Shown one piece after another: positions 24,379 to 36,345 of a stretch of DNA of 64,000 nt. Each line of letters starts with the position of its first letter. Position 1 is the stretch's first letter. The stretch lies in the NCBI RefSeq assembly GCF_006345805.1, contig NC_043011.1:61950464-62014463 (forward strand), written 5' to 3'. The notes beneath the pieces were generated by a model that was given only the letters and a program-made list of their open reading frames with translations, was not told where the DNA came from and did not search any database. This DNA comes from Octopus sinensis. Its lineage: Eukaryota. A program made the translations under genes and the position numbers.

Positions 24379-25439
24379 TACCCTTGGCAGATTATGGGAC
24401 AAGATATAGATGTGTGAGCATGTGTGTGTGTGTGTATAAATAGGTGTAGGCAAATGATGGCATTTGAACTCAGGATGTAAAGACAGACGAAATGCCTTTA
24501 AGCGTTTTGCCCAATCTGCTAACGATTCTGGTAGCCCCCCCCCCCCATTTGAATAGACATTGCAAAGCATTTTGTCCAATGCTTTGCTAATTCACTCCAC
24601 TCAAAGCTTCATTTACTTCAATTTTTTCTTTTCTTCTTTTTTTGGTTAATTAGTGTAATTAGTAGAATTTGCTTCGTTATTTTCCCTATTATCCGTGTTT
24701 GTATTTTAACAATGTTGTTTCTTATATCACCAAAACAGCACAGTTATTGGTTGTTCCTGCATGTCAACACAATCTGGCAATTAACACATACCAGGTTCTA
24801 CTTATCTCTTAACAGAAGCACATTTCTTGAAGCAACACATGGCATAATTTCTTTGCATGGTTTAACACTGCCAGCTCCACCACCACCACCACCACCACCA
24901 CCACCTGATTATCTGGGGTGTCTTGAGTTGAGTTCACTGTCTTGCAAATGTTCGGCCTACAATTCTGCTCAGATTATTCCTCAAAATGCTGATGCACAAT
25001 GTCCCTAAGGCATCAACCCATGACGTGTTTTCTGTTAGTTTTAATCCCCTTCACTTCATCAACTAAAGAGTGGCCACAAGCTTTGAAAGCCCTAAAATGT
25101 TGCACCATCATTCAAGATGGAGAAGCAAGTCTTATCACCCTGTTAAAAGGTGGATGAGGACAGTAAATATAGTCAGGGAGAAGAGGCTTGTTCTGAGCAG
25201 CTGGGAGAGAGTGCTTGCCTTAGTGATCAAAGAGATTGCAGGTTGTATGGCTTCCTCAAAAGGACCTCATGGGCTTCTCCACTTTGGGGGATATTTTTCT
25301 TTAATTTGAATTTTTGGTTTTTTTATTTTTGTTATTTCTCTTGTTTACATGTCTTTTTTTTTTATGAAATTCCACATTATCATTCTGTACTGTCATTGAT
25401 CTTTTATGCTTAATGATAAAGGAAATGATTGTTATTATG

Positions 25440-25486
<47 letters not shown>

Positions 25487-25487
25487 A

Positions 25488-26045
25488 ATTGAATGAGAGA
25501 GCAGTGCATGCCATCAAATTGACACTGGGGTAAAATATACACAAAATCCTGTATACCCATCATGACTACCCGTCTGATAAGGGTACACCAGCCACATGCA
25601 GCGCAACCATATGTGTGCGACATGGTGAGCTCATATCAAGATAAACAGCGCATGACCTTGCAGGTGGAGCCCAGTTAGAATTTTCTTCTGGTCGAGTAAC
25701 CAATCCCGCTCAAAAGGTCCCTGAACAAGGTTTGTTTAAAGATGTTGAACGAACACACATGTTTCCAGAGGTGAATTATTCAAACCCCAGAGAATTCCTT
25801 TCAATACACAGCTATGATGCTCCCATACTACTTCTGCTCATATCGTCAGCCACTAAGGGACATGCTCAACTGGTTAAGGTCAAACAACTGACAAGCAAAT
25901 CTGTGGTATTGAGCTGAATATTTGCAGTAGCCCATCTTTTATACCAAAACAAAACAATGTACATGATAACACTTCCAATCAGTTAAGATCAGAAGCCATG
26001 AGAGCCACTGCCTGGTACTGGCATTTACTGCATCAGGGCAGTAAA
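25488..26045 (-). mobile_element. Family D non-autonomous element (~560 bp) embedded in (AAT)n
   Basis: Ends TTGAATGAGAGAGCAGTGCATGCC and GCATCAGGGCA, both abutting (TTA)n; homologous to 26388-26768, 44095-44630 and 62420-62610. Confidence 0.85.
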
Positions 26046-26387
26046 TTATTATTATTATTATTATTATTATACCTATCATGATTCATAACTACCTGTCATA
26101 TTTATGTCTGTCTGTCAGTCTATCTAGCCATTCATCCATCCGTTCATCCATCCATCTATATATGTATGTATGTATGTATGTATGTGTGTGTATATATATT
26201 TATTCATATACAACACACAAATTTCTGCACATGAACCCAGAGTTTCTACCCTTGGACAGGTCGCTTCAACTGTGTTTCTGACGTGAATTTGCTACCCAGA
26301 TTTCGGTTAAATGAATTTTCCATGCTGACGATAAACATAGGATAATTCATTCACCTACTTAAATATATATATATATATATATATATA

Positions 26388-26768
26388 CCTTAACCAGTTG
26401 AGCATGTCCCTTAGTGGCTGACGATATGAGCAGAAGTAGTATGGAAGCATCATAGCTGTGTATTGAAAGGAATTCTCTGGGGTTTAAATAATTCACCTCT
26501 GGAAACATGGGTGTTCGTTCAACATCTTTAAACAACCCTTGTTCAGGGACCTTTTGAGCGGGATTGGTTACTCGACCAGAAGAAAATTCTAACTGGGCTC
26601 CACCTGCAAGGTCATGTGCTGTTTATCTTGATATGAGATCACCATGTCGCACACATATGGTTGCGCTGCATGTGGCTGGTGTACTCTTATCAGACGGGTA
26701 GTCATGATGGGTATACAGGACTTTGTGTATATTTTACCCCAGTGTCAATTTGATGGCATGCACTGCCA
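26388..26768 (+). mobile_element. Family D partial copy, inverted relative to 25488-26045
   Basis: CCTTAACCAGTTGAGCATGTCCC...GATGGCATGCACTGC is the reverse complement of ~25500-25880. Confidence 0.9.
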
Positions 26769-26775
26769 TATATAT

Positions 26776-26817
<42 letters not shown>

Positions 26818-27099
26818 ATATATTGTCCATCCCATGTTAGCATGGAAATTAGAGAGTTAAATGATGATGACGATGATGATGATGATATATATAAATACAC
26901 ACACACACCCAGGCACGATGATGTAACTAATCACACTATGTTTATAAATATTCTTGTTTTTAATAGTGATTGCATTTGTTAGAATGTTCCTGACTCCGTA
27001 TTTATGTAAATACCTATTTGTCTAGCTGTCTGTCTATATATGCGTGTGTATGGGAAGGGGGGGGGGCATCTGTGTGTGTGTGTGTGTGTGCGTGTGGTT

Positions 27100-27650
27100 C
27101 TGTGGTTAGAAGCTTGCTTTTGAATACTATGGTTCACTGTTCAAGTCCCACTGCAGAGCACCTTGGGCAAGTGTCTTCTACTATAGCTTTGGGCTGACCA
27201 AAACCTTGTGAGTGGATGATTTGGTTAACAGAAACTGAAAGAAGCCTGTTGTCATCATCATCATCATCATCGTTTAGCGTCCGTTTTCCATGCTAGCATG
27301 GGTTGGACGGTTCTACTGGGGTCTGTGAAGCCAGAAGGCTTCATCAGGCCCAGTCAAATCTGGCAGTGTTTCTACAGCTGGATGCCCTTCCTAACGCCAA
27401 AACGTTGTGTATATCTATATGTGTGTGTGTGTGTGTCTTTGCATCTATGTTGTCCCCTGACCACCACTTGACAACCGGTGATGGTGTGTTTATGTCCCCG
27501 AAACATTAGCAGTTCGGCAAAAGGGGTCAATTGAACAAGTACCTGGCTTTTGAACAAAAAAAAATCCCGGTGTCATTACATTCAACCAGAAATTCTTCAA
27601 GATGGTGTCCCAACATGGCCGAAGTCTGATGACTGAAACAAGTAAAAGTT
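27100..27650 (+). mobile_element. SINE family A with a minus-strand family B 3' end inserted in its internal microsatellite (27251-27400)
   Basis: A head/core at 27100-27250, B tail (CATCATCGTTTAGCGTCCGTTTTCC...), then A 3' half at 27420-27650. Confidence 0.85.
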
Positions 27651-27699
27651 TTAAAAACATAAATATATTCATCTTCTGTGAATGCAAGTGAAATTGAAA

Positions 27700-28075
27700 T
27701 CGAACAAAAATCAATGGAAATTGTAGTTGTGATACCAATGCCAGTGGCATGTAAAAGAACCATCCGAATGTGGCCATTGCCAGCACTGCCTTGACTGGCC
27801 TCTGTGCTAGTGGCACGTAAAAAGCACCAACCGATTGTGGCCGTTGCCAGCCCCACCTGGCACCTGTGCCAGTGGCATGTAAAAAGCACCCACAACACTC
27901 ATGGAGTGGTTGGCGTTAGGAAGGGCATCCAGCTGTAGAAACACTGCCAAATCAGATTGGAGCCTGGTGCAGCCTTCTGGCTTCCCAGATCCCAGTCGAA
28001 CTGTCCAACCCATGCTAGCATGAAAAACGGACGTTAAACGATGATGATGATGATGATGATGATGATAATATGTAA
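27700..28075 (+). mobile_element. Family B retroposon (hairpin-unit array plus conserved 3' end with (GAT)n tail)
   Basis: GAGTGGTTGGCGTTAGGAAGGGCATCCAGCTGTAGAAAC...CCAACCCATGCTAGCATGAAAAACGGACGTTAAACGATGATG. Confidence 0.9.
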
Positions 28076-28192
28076 GCATAAAGTTCAGATCTTCCAACTA
28101 CTTTATGTTGTCAATGACTCATTGTGTTTCCTTCATGCATGGATCAGTTCTGAACATTTAGTCTCCAATCATTTCCATATTAATTTCAATAG

Positions 28193-28363
28193 ACTTTAGA
28201 AATGCTCACCCATTGCTTTACATTTTATCAAGTTTCCCTTTCATTGAGGCTTTTGTGGTGCACTAAAGCTGAAGGCCAGAGAAGAGCAGGAGTTTTTCTT
28301 GCTGTGATTGAGGGACTGAATGAGTTTAGGACAGGGTTTATGTCTCTGTGCAGACAAAAAGAG
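28193..28363 (+). CDS. Candidate internal coding exon (171 nt, phase 0-0) of an unidentified gene
   Basis: Acceptor TTAATTTCAATAG|, donor GAG|GTAAAT, open frame TLEMLTHCFTFYQVSLSLRLLWCTKAEGQRRAGVFLAVIEGLNEFRTGFMSLCRQKE. Protein not recognised. Confidence 0.3.
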
Positions 28364-28519
28364 GTAAATGTTGACATGACTTGAAAAGTGTAGGTATGGG
28401 TTCAAAATATATCTCTGCATTCTGTGTGAACATATATGTGTGTGTGTGTGTGTATATGTACACAGGTATTTGTGTGTGTGAATATGTACGAAGGAAATTG
28501 TATCTTTATTTTAGCTGAC

Positions 28520-28890
28520 ACTGTGTGGTAAGTAGCTTGCTTACCAACCACATGGTTCCGGGTTCAGTCCCACTGCGTGGCACTTTGAGCAAGTGTCTTC
28601 TACTATAGCCTCGGGCCGACCAAAGCCTTGTGAGTGGATTTGGTAGATGGAAACTGAAAGAAGCCCATCGTATATACATATATATATATATATGTATGTG
28701 TGTTTGTGTGTCTGTGTTTGTCCCCCCCAAAATCGCTTGACAACCGATGCTGGTGTGTTTACATCCCCGTAACTTAGCAGTTCGGCAAAAGAGACTGATA
28801 GAATAAGTACTAGGCTTACAAAGGATAAGTCCTGGGGTCAGTTTGCTTGACTAAAGGCGGTGCTCCAGCATGGCCACAGTCACATGACTG
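28520..28890 (+). mobile_element. SINE family A
   Basis: Near-consensus copy. Confidence 0.9.
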
Positions 28891-29150
28891 AAACAAGTAA
28901 AAGAGTATACATATATATATATATATATTTACACACATACACACACACACACACATATACATACATAATATTAAAATTAATAATAATATGTATGAAAGTT
29001 AATATCAACACAACATTACCAAGGTAATTCATGTTAGTGAAATTTTAATTGAACACCTGAAAAAATTTTAGCTGTTAAAAACTGTAACAAAAGAAACGCC
29101 AAACCGAATTTAACTTTAGACATTCATATCTCTTTGTGTTTATGAATATA

Positions 29151-29693
29151 CGAGGGTGAGTCAAAACGTAATGCCATTTTGTTTAGGACAGGTATAATTC
29201 CCAACACAGGAACATGTGTCATACATCAAAATGAAATCTGGTCCTCTGTGGATCACATCCCTACTTCTCAACATAGTCACTGTTTCTCTTAATAGCAAAG
29301 TTCGAATGAGAGCATGTATCCCTGCCCCGTAAAATTCTGTTGACTGTTGTTTGAGCCACTTCTTCACTACAGTTTTCACTTCTTCTTCACCGTAATAATG
29401 TTTGCCTCTCAAACCTTCTATAATCTAAAGTATTGTCCTCAAAGACACTTTGTAATTTTCGGTGAATGTTCATAGGGGTTTCCCTCCTCAGCAACAAGAA
29501 ATTCAATCACTGCTCATTGTTTTTGATGTAACTCTAAGGGGACAACCATTTTGAATATTCCTTACTGGTCTAAAAACCTGAAAAGTAAGAAACTAAATAT
29601 TTCAGAATTTATAATTGGGAAAATTTTCAATTATTTTTATCAAAGACTTCACATGAAATAAAGAAAATGGGATTACTTTTTGACGCACCTTCG
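29151..29693 (-). mobile_element. Internally deleted mariner (543 bp) with both TIRs and TA TSDs
   Basis: TA|CGAGGGTGAGTCAAAACGTAATGCC ... GGGATTACTTTTTGACGCACCTTCG|TA; minus strand encodes the mariner C-terminus LRGKHY..EEEVKTVVKKWLKQQSTEFYGAGIHALI. Confidence 0.9.
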
Positions 29694-29697
29694 TATA

Positions 29698-30135
29698 TTC
29701 TTTTAGTTGTTTCAGTCATTTGACTGTGGCCATACTGGAGCACTGCCTTTAGTTGAACAAATCAACCCCAGGACTCATTTTTTGAAAGCCTAGTACTTAT
29801 TCTAAACAATCTCTTTTGCCGAACCACTAAGTTACGGGGACGTAAACACACCATCGGTTGTTATGTGATGTGGAGGGACAAACACAGAAACACAAACATA
29901 CACACACACAAACACACACACTCACACACTTACACACACACATACACACACATGCACACGCACACATATATGATGGGCTTCTTTCAGTTTCTGTCTACCA
30001 AATCCACTCACAAGGCTTTGGTCGGCCCAAGGCTGTAGTAGAAAACACTTTCCCAAGGTGCCACACAGTGGGACTGAACCCGGAACCATGTGGTTGGTAA
30101 ACAAGCTACTTACCTCACAGCCACTCCTGCGCCTA
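29698..30135 (-). mobile_element. SINE family A, inverted relative to 28520-28890
   Basis: Reverse complement of the head, core and tail. Confidence 0.9.
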
Positions 30136-30229
30136 TGTATATAATTTATTATATATTATATATATGATTTATCATTTAATTTTTAATTGAATTCAACGCA
30201 TTCATTTCCATGTACACCATTCATGTCTC

Positions 30230-30715
30230 CCCATGCCGATGGCATGTAAAAAGCACCGTCTTAATGTGGTTGATGCCAGCACCCCACCCCGACTGGCTTC
30301 TGTGCAGGTGGCACATAAAAAGCACTATCCAAATGTGGCCGATGCCAGTGCCGCCTGACTAGCTCCCATGCTAGTTGCACGGAATAAGGCATCCACTACA
30401 CACTCAGAGTGGTTGACATTAGGAAGGGCATCCAGCTGTAGAAATATTACCAGATTAGATTGGAGACTGGTGCAGCCTCCTGGCTTTCCAGTCCCCAGTC
30501 AAACCATCCAACCCATGCCAGCATGGAAAATGGACGTTAATTGCCTATGATGATGATGATGATATATATATATATCATCATCATCATCATCATCATCGTT
30601 TAGCGTCCGCTTTCCATGCTAGCATGGGTTGGACGGTTCAACTGGGGGCTGGATGCCCTTCTTAACGCCAACGACTCCATGAGTGTAGTGGGTGCTTTTT
30701 ACGTGCCACCGGCAC
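30230..30715. mobile_element. Two family B copies joined tail-to-tail (plus 30230-30562, minus 30575-30715)
   Basis: ...GGACGTTAATTGCCTATGATGATGATGATGATATATATATATATCATCATCATC...CGTTTAGCGTCCGCTTTCCATGC... Confidence 0.9.
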
Positions 30716-30743
30716 ATATATATAATTATATATGTGTATGTAT

Positions 30744-31578
30744 TTGGAGCTCCTCTATGCTGATGGCCTAGTTTTTATAGCTGAATCACTACCTGACCTC
30801 AAAAAGAAATTTAATTTCAAGTATGGAAACAAGGTCTGGAATCTAAGGACTATAAGCTTAACATAGCAAAAACCAGAGTCCTAGTAAATAGGAAAATAGA
30901 CAAATTGCAAATCCGTTCTGGGAGATGGCCCTGCTCGGTATGTAAGAAGGGCGTTGGTAGAAATTCCATAAGTTGTACCCATTTGCATGCTTTGGATACA
31001 TAAGAGTGCATACTTTGGATACATAAGAGGTGTGGCAGCATCAAAAGAAGGTTAATGGAGGACATGGTCTTTGTGTGTGACAAATGTACAGGTATAATAA
31101 GTCCTAAAAATACGCAGACAGTAGACTCCCACATTAGAAGTAGTAGATAGCTTCGGTTACCTAGGAAACCAAATTAGCAGCGGGAGAGGGAGTTCTCAAA
31201 ATGTAGTTGCTAGGATAAGAATGGGTTGGGTGAAGTTCAAATTGCTTCTGCTTTTGTTGGTAACTAAGGGCCTCTCCCTCAGAGTGAAAAGCAGGTTGTA
31301 TGATGTCTGTGTACATACACCTATGTTACGTGGCAGTGAAATATGAGCTTTGATTACAGAGGACTTGTGAAGGCTTGAAAGGCATGAAGCTAACATGCTC
31401 CACTGGATGGCTAATGTCAGTGTGCATGCATGAGAGGCTGTAAATGATTTAAGAGGAAAACTAGGTATAAGAGGCGCTTGATGTTGTGTGCAAGAAAGAA
31501 GACTGCTAGTTTGGTCATGTGATGCATACGGATGAGGACAGCTGTATAAAGTACTGAACGCTAATTGTGGAAGGTATA
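30744..31578 (+). pseudogene. RTE-clade LINE RT fragment, decayed, with a Cys-rich insertion
   Basis: ELLYADGLVFIAES (YADD-like), LNIAKTRVL, WPCSVCKKGVGRNSISC, FVCDKC, VVDSFGYLG, VARIRMGWVKF, RLERHEANML across stops and frameshifts. Confidence 0.85.
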
Positions 31579-31745
31579 TTTTTACCTTAGGTTTTTAACA
31601 TGATAAATGTATTATAGGCACCTGGTCCTACTTTTTAAGTTTCAATTTTAGTTTCTTCTATATGAACAATCATGATTTTATTTCTTTAAGAAATATTGTT
31701 TAATTCTATTTGATTATTTATTTAACTATTATTGTTATTATTGTT

Positions 31746-31847
31746 GACCTGAGGAGTGACTATACTTTTAAATTGAATTGTGTTTCAATTAAATTTAAAT
31801 TTAATTGTAATTTGATTTGAAATTATAGCCATGAAACGTACGTAGTC
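31746..31847 (+). ncRNA. Type I hammerhead ribozyme with extended stem II
   Basis: GAC-CTGAGGA-GTGACTATA-[~59-nt AT-rich loop]-TATAGCCAT-GAAA-CGTACG-TA|GTC. Core CUGANGA/GAAA/UH is intact; stem III ACGTACGT is palindromic. Confidence 0.7.
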
Positions 31848-32627
31848 TTTTTACTTATTATATATTATTTATTCATTTTTTGTACTTTTTAAGATCTAGT
31901 TATATATTTTATTTTTTTTTATGATTTGGTTTATGTCTATCATTATTTTAATTATCATAATAGTGGTTTTTCTCTAATTTATATATATCATATATATATA
32001 TGTATATATGTTCACGTATGGGTATACACTTGTACATGGATGTATAAAATCTATATGTGAATATAAATATTTTCATGTGTACATATGTAAGGTATATAGT
32101 TTTCCCCCTTGTGTTTCCATACATTGCTATGATCCTCACCTCGTTAAAGGCCTCAAGTCCCTTGCTGCTGTCTCTCTCTCTCTATCTCCTTGTGTGTGCC
32201 GATGCTGGCCATTGCTTGTTTGCGATGCACCCACCCATTCTCACCCCCACCACCAATACCGGAAATCTCTTCTCTTCTACCTAAATCACTGACAGGGCTC
32301 TCCCTCACTTCTGCCATCCCTCCAACCCATCTACCTCTTTGTATCTATACATAATGGACTAACCAATAACAACTCCATTTACTTAACTTAAACTTTGACC
32401 TCATATTTGAAGCAGTAATGCTTATATTTACAATGTCCATAACACTTATATGAAATTTGTAGAAAAGAAAAAAAAAAGTTTTATTCATCAAAGTATGCAC
32501 CCATATTGTCAATACACTTTTGCCATTTCAGCGGTAGCTTTTCCAGCCCAGAACTGTAAAAGCCTGGCAATCGAGAGTTAATAAAATTTTGGAAGGCCTG
32601 TTTTGCTGCATTGTCGGATTAAATTTT

Positions 32628-32950
32628 CCCAACCACATGGTTCTGGGTTCAGTGCCACTCCGTGGCCGACTAAAGCCTTGTGAGTGGATTTGGTAGATGG
32701 AATCTGAAAGAAGCCTGTCGTATATATATATATAATATATATATGTGTGTGTATATGTTTGTGTGTCTGTGTTTGTCTCCCCAACGTCACTTGACAACCG
32801 TTGTTGGCGTGTTTATATCCCCATAACTTAGTAGTTCAGCCAAAGAGACCGATAGAATAATTGGTAGGCTTACAAAGAATGAGTCCTTGGGTCAATTCGT
32901 TTGACTAAAGGTATGGCCAAGGTAAAAGGGCTGAAACAAATAAAAGAATA
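32628..32950 (+). mobile_element. SINE family A, 5'-clipped
   Basis: CCCAACCACATGGTTCTGGGTTCAG...GACTAAAGG. Confidence 0.85.
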
Positions 32951-33284
32951 ACATATAAAAATATATATATATATATATATATATGTATAGACAAACAGAC
33001 AGACAGGTATGGTTGGGAGAGCAAGTTAGTGAAACTGCGTGGGAAACACTTGAATCAATAAACATTGCCATTAAGGAATCAATATGTGTGATATGGATAG
33101 ATGTAGAACCAATAATTTTTATTTCATTGATTCATTATTTTAGCAAAGAATATCCATTTTGGTTAATTCTAACAACTCTTTGGAAACTAAACTATTTTGT
33201 ATCTGTAAATGCTACAGGATTCTGCTAATACAACTCTTTGCAATTTCAATCTGCATGCATTGCATTTACACACACAAAGATATG

Positions 33285-33336
<52 letters not shown>

Positions 33337-34014
33337 ATATAAAATGATAAACGTTGCCCCTTTCAAACCTGGCCTGGCTCACAGGCCTGGTTTCCCGGTT
33401 TCTGTGGCGTATGTGTTCCCTCCAGCTGGACAGGACGCCAGCCTATCGCAGCATCACTCAAGAAACAGGAAGTGGGAGTGAGAGAAAGTTGGAGCGAAAG
33501 AGTACAACAGAGGTCGCCACCACCCCCTGCCAGAGCCTCGTGGAGCTTTTAGGTGATTTTGCTCAATAAACACACTCAACGCCCGGTCTGGGAATTGAAA
33601 CTACGATCCTCCGACCACGAGTCCGCTGCCCTAACCACTGGGCCATTGCGCCTGCACTATATATATACAGGTATTAATAAGATAGATGGAAAAAGCAATT
33701 TTATTTAGTACAACACGTTTTGATCTGTTCTGGGTGTCTTAGAGTACATAAATAAGAAAAAATAAAAAGTCGGTGTTACGTATCGCTAAATGTCCATTAA
33801 CTTTGGAAATGAGTAAAAACAGAGAAAAGTTGAAACACGGAAAATTCAAATATGAACGTGAAGATTCTTGTTTAAAGAAAATGACGTAATGAGCCGTCGC
33901 TGGTGCAACTGCTGAGAAAGAAAAGGAAGTAGAAAGGAAGGTAATACTTAGGCGAAAATAGGTTTTTGTATTCGTGCTCATACACACACACACACACACA
34001 CACACATATATGAG

Positions 34015-34295
34015 GTCGTCGCCAGTGCCACTGGATTGGCTCCTGTGCAGGTGGCACGTAAAAAGCACCACTTGGGCGTGGCCGTTGCCAGTACCACCAA
34101 ACTGGCCCTCGTGCCGGTGGCACGTAAAGGCACCCACTACACTCTTGGAGTGGTTGGCGTTAGGAATGGCATCCAGCTGTAGAAACTCTGCCAGATCAGA
34201 TTGGAGTCTGGTTCGCCAGACCTCAGTTAAATCGTCGAACCCATGCCAGCACGGAAAACGGACATTAAATGATGATGATGATGATGATGATGATA
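34015..34295 (+). mobile_element. Family B retroposon
   Basis: Two hairpin units, conserved 3' end and (GAT)n tail. Confidence 0.9.
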
Positions 34296-34340
34296 TATAT
34301 ATATATATATATGGATGATGATGATGATGATATATATATA

Positions 34341-35197
34341 CAGGGAGTGATGGGTAAATTGTTGTCATTTTATATTCTTGATTTCGTGCATGTGACTTGT
34401 TTGTTTTTGATTTTGTCTATTACACAGTATAGTTGTGTCGGTTGAGCATCGTCTGTGAGAAAAACAGCAGCATGATGAAATTCACTCTGCCAGAAATTTG
34501 GAAATGATATACTGCTTGGCATTTGTGCTGGGAACTCCAATACAAACATTTCAGGGTGTTTGGGTGTCAGTCTGAGGACATGTGCCGAGATTGATAATAA
34601 CAAAACATCCATTCAACATCATGGTGTTTGGAGTGATCACTAGTGATGGCCACGTTATGCCTCCATTCATCATCCCACACAAACTCAGACTGAATATGGA
34701 GGCCTACATGAAGTGCGTGGAGGATTTAGTGTTGCCCTGGGTCAAGAGGGTGGCTGCTGGAAGACCCTATGTCTGGCAACAGGACTCTATACCATGCCAC
34801 ACAAGTAGGAGAACCCAGTCATGGCTGTCAGACAATTTCTGCAACCACATCACCCCTAACATCTGGCCACCTAATTTCCCTGTCTGCATCCTCCTTGATT
34901 ATTATGTGTGGGATGCAGTTCAGCCAGAGACCAACAAAACTCCTTGTAACACTAAAGATGAATTGAAGGCAAGGATTATGGCAGCATTCACCAACTTAAA
35001 TAAGGAGACCATCCAGAAGAGTTGCAGGAAAATTCCAAAGTGGTCTGGAGGCCGTGGTTGAAGTCAATGGCAATTTTATTGAATAAATTTACTCTTTAGC
35101 ATTTCAAGATATTTGGTAAATATGTCTGTTAAAATAAGATGTCAGTGTTATTTTCCTGTTTGCATAATTTAGATGGCAGTTTATTCACTGCATCCTG
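34341..35197 (+). mobile_element. Internally deleted maT (DD37D) transposon with TA-flanked ends
   Basis: ORF 34582-35061: VWQQD-[37 aa]-DYYVW (WPPNFPVCILLD, from WPPNSPDCNPLD); TA|CAGGGAGTGATGGGTAAA ... CACTGCATCCTG|TA. Confidence 0.85.
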
Positions 35198-35802
35198 TAC
35201 ATATATATGGAAGACTGTAGGGAATATTTTTTCTATGACATAAAGGTTTAGTCGCTGTTTAGTTACATATTTATGAGTTGGTTATGAATTTACTTACTGA
35301 ATTTATTTACTGATACTGTTGTACACAGGGTAAATGTGTTTGAAGGTTGTGGTTTCTTCAGTTTGCTTGTATATATAATTATGTGTGTGTATGGTGTGTG
35401 CACGAGGGCCAGTCAGGCGGTACTGGCATCAGCCACGCTCGAATGGTGCTTTTTATATGCCACTGGCACAGGAGCCAGTCAGCGGCCCTGGCAACAATCA
35501 CGCTTGAATGGTGCTTCTAACATTCCACTGGCATGGGTGCCAGTCAGTGGGTACCTGTCATTGGCCATGACAATTTCACTTGCCTCATTGCCTCAACAGG
35601 TTTTCCTAAACAGTGTATTGTCCAACGATTGAAGGGTACCCTTAAATGGGCTGGTTATATATCTATGTATGTGTGTATGTATATACTTATGTATGAGTAT
35701 ATAACGGGAAGCTTTATGAAAATAGACAAAAGACGAAGGCAGGTGGGAAACAAACAAACAATTGTATTAGTATGGCGCTCAGGAAATATAAATAAAACAA
35801 GT

Positions 35803-35838
35803 CTTTAACGTTTTGAGCCTACGCTCTTCAACAGAAAG
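35803..35838 (-). ncRNA. Minimal type I hammerhead with two core substitutions
   Basis: CTTT-CTGTTGA-A-GAGC-GTAG-GCTC-AAAA-CG-TT|AAAG; A6>U and G12>A (the latter fits CpG decay); stems intact. Confidence 0.7.
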
Positions 35839-36009
35839 ATACATAGAGAGAAAAAAAACACAGAAAGAAGGAGAGAAAAAAATGCGTGCAGTAACTAACG
35901 AATCAACATGGCGATCTGATTTCGGCCAGAAGTCAAAGATCAACCATGAGACACGAGAGCGAAATAAGGGGAGATAATAGGGTTGATAAAAGGGTTGAAG
36001 GACCAGCTA

Positions 36010-36345
36010 ATAGTGCGTAGGAGGGGTCTGGACGTGTGTATGTATAGGTTGGTGTATGTATTAGTATGTATAAGGGTGTGTGTGTGTGTGTGTATGAGAG
36101 AGTATTAGTGCGTAGGATAGGTCTGGACAGGCGTATGTATGGGGTTGGTGTATGTATTAGTATGTATTAGTATGTATTAGTACGTATTAGTATGTATAAG
36201 TGTGTGTGTGTGTGTATGAGAGAGTATAAGTGCGTATGAGGGGTCTGGACGTGTGTATGTATAGGGTTGGTGTATGTATTAGTATGTATTAGTATGTATT
36301 AGTACGTATTAGTATGTATTAGTTGGTGTATGTATTAGTATGGCA
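36010..36345. repeat. ~95-120-bp minisatellite x3 with an internal 10-bp TATGTATTAG sub-repeat
   Basis: GTGCGTAGGAGGGGTCTGGAC...GGTTGGTGTATGTATTAG recurs near 36012, 36108 and 36230. Confidence 0.85.

Noticed and set aside
23580-25290. Protein-like stretches at 23580-23830 and 24720-25290
   Set aside because: Multiple stops in every frame and no recognisable motif; possibly very old retroelement debris but unsupported.
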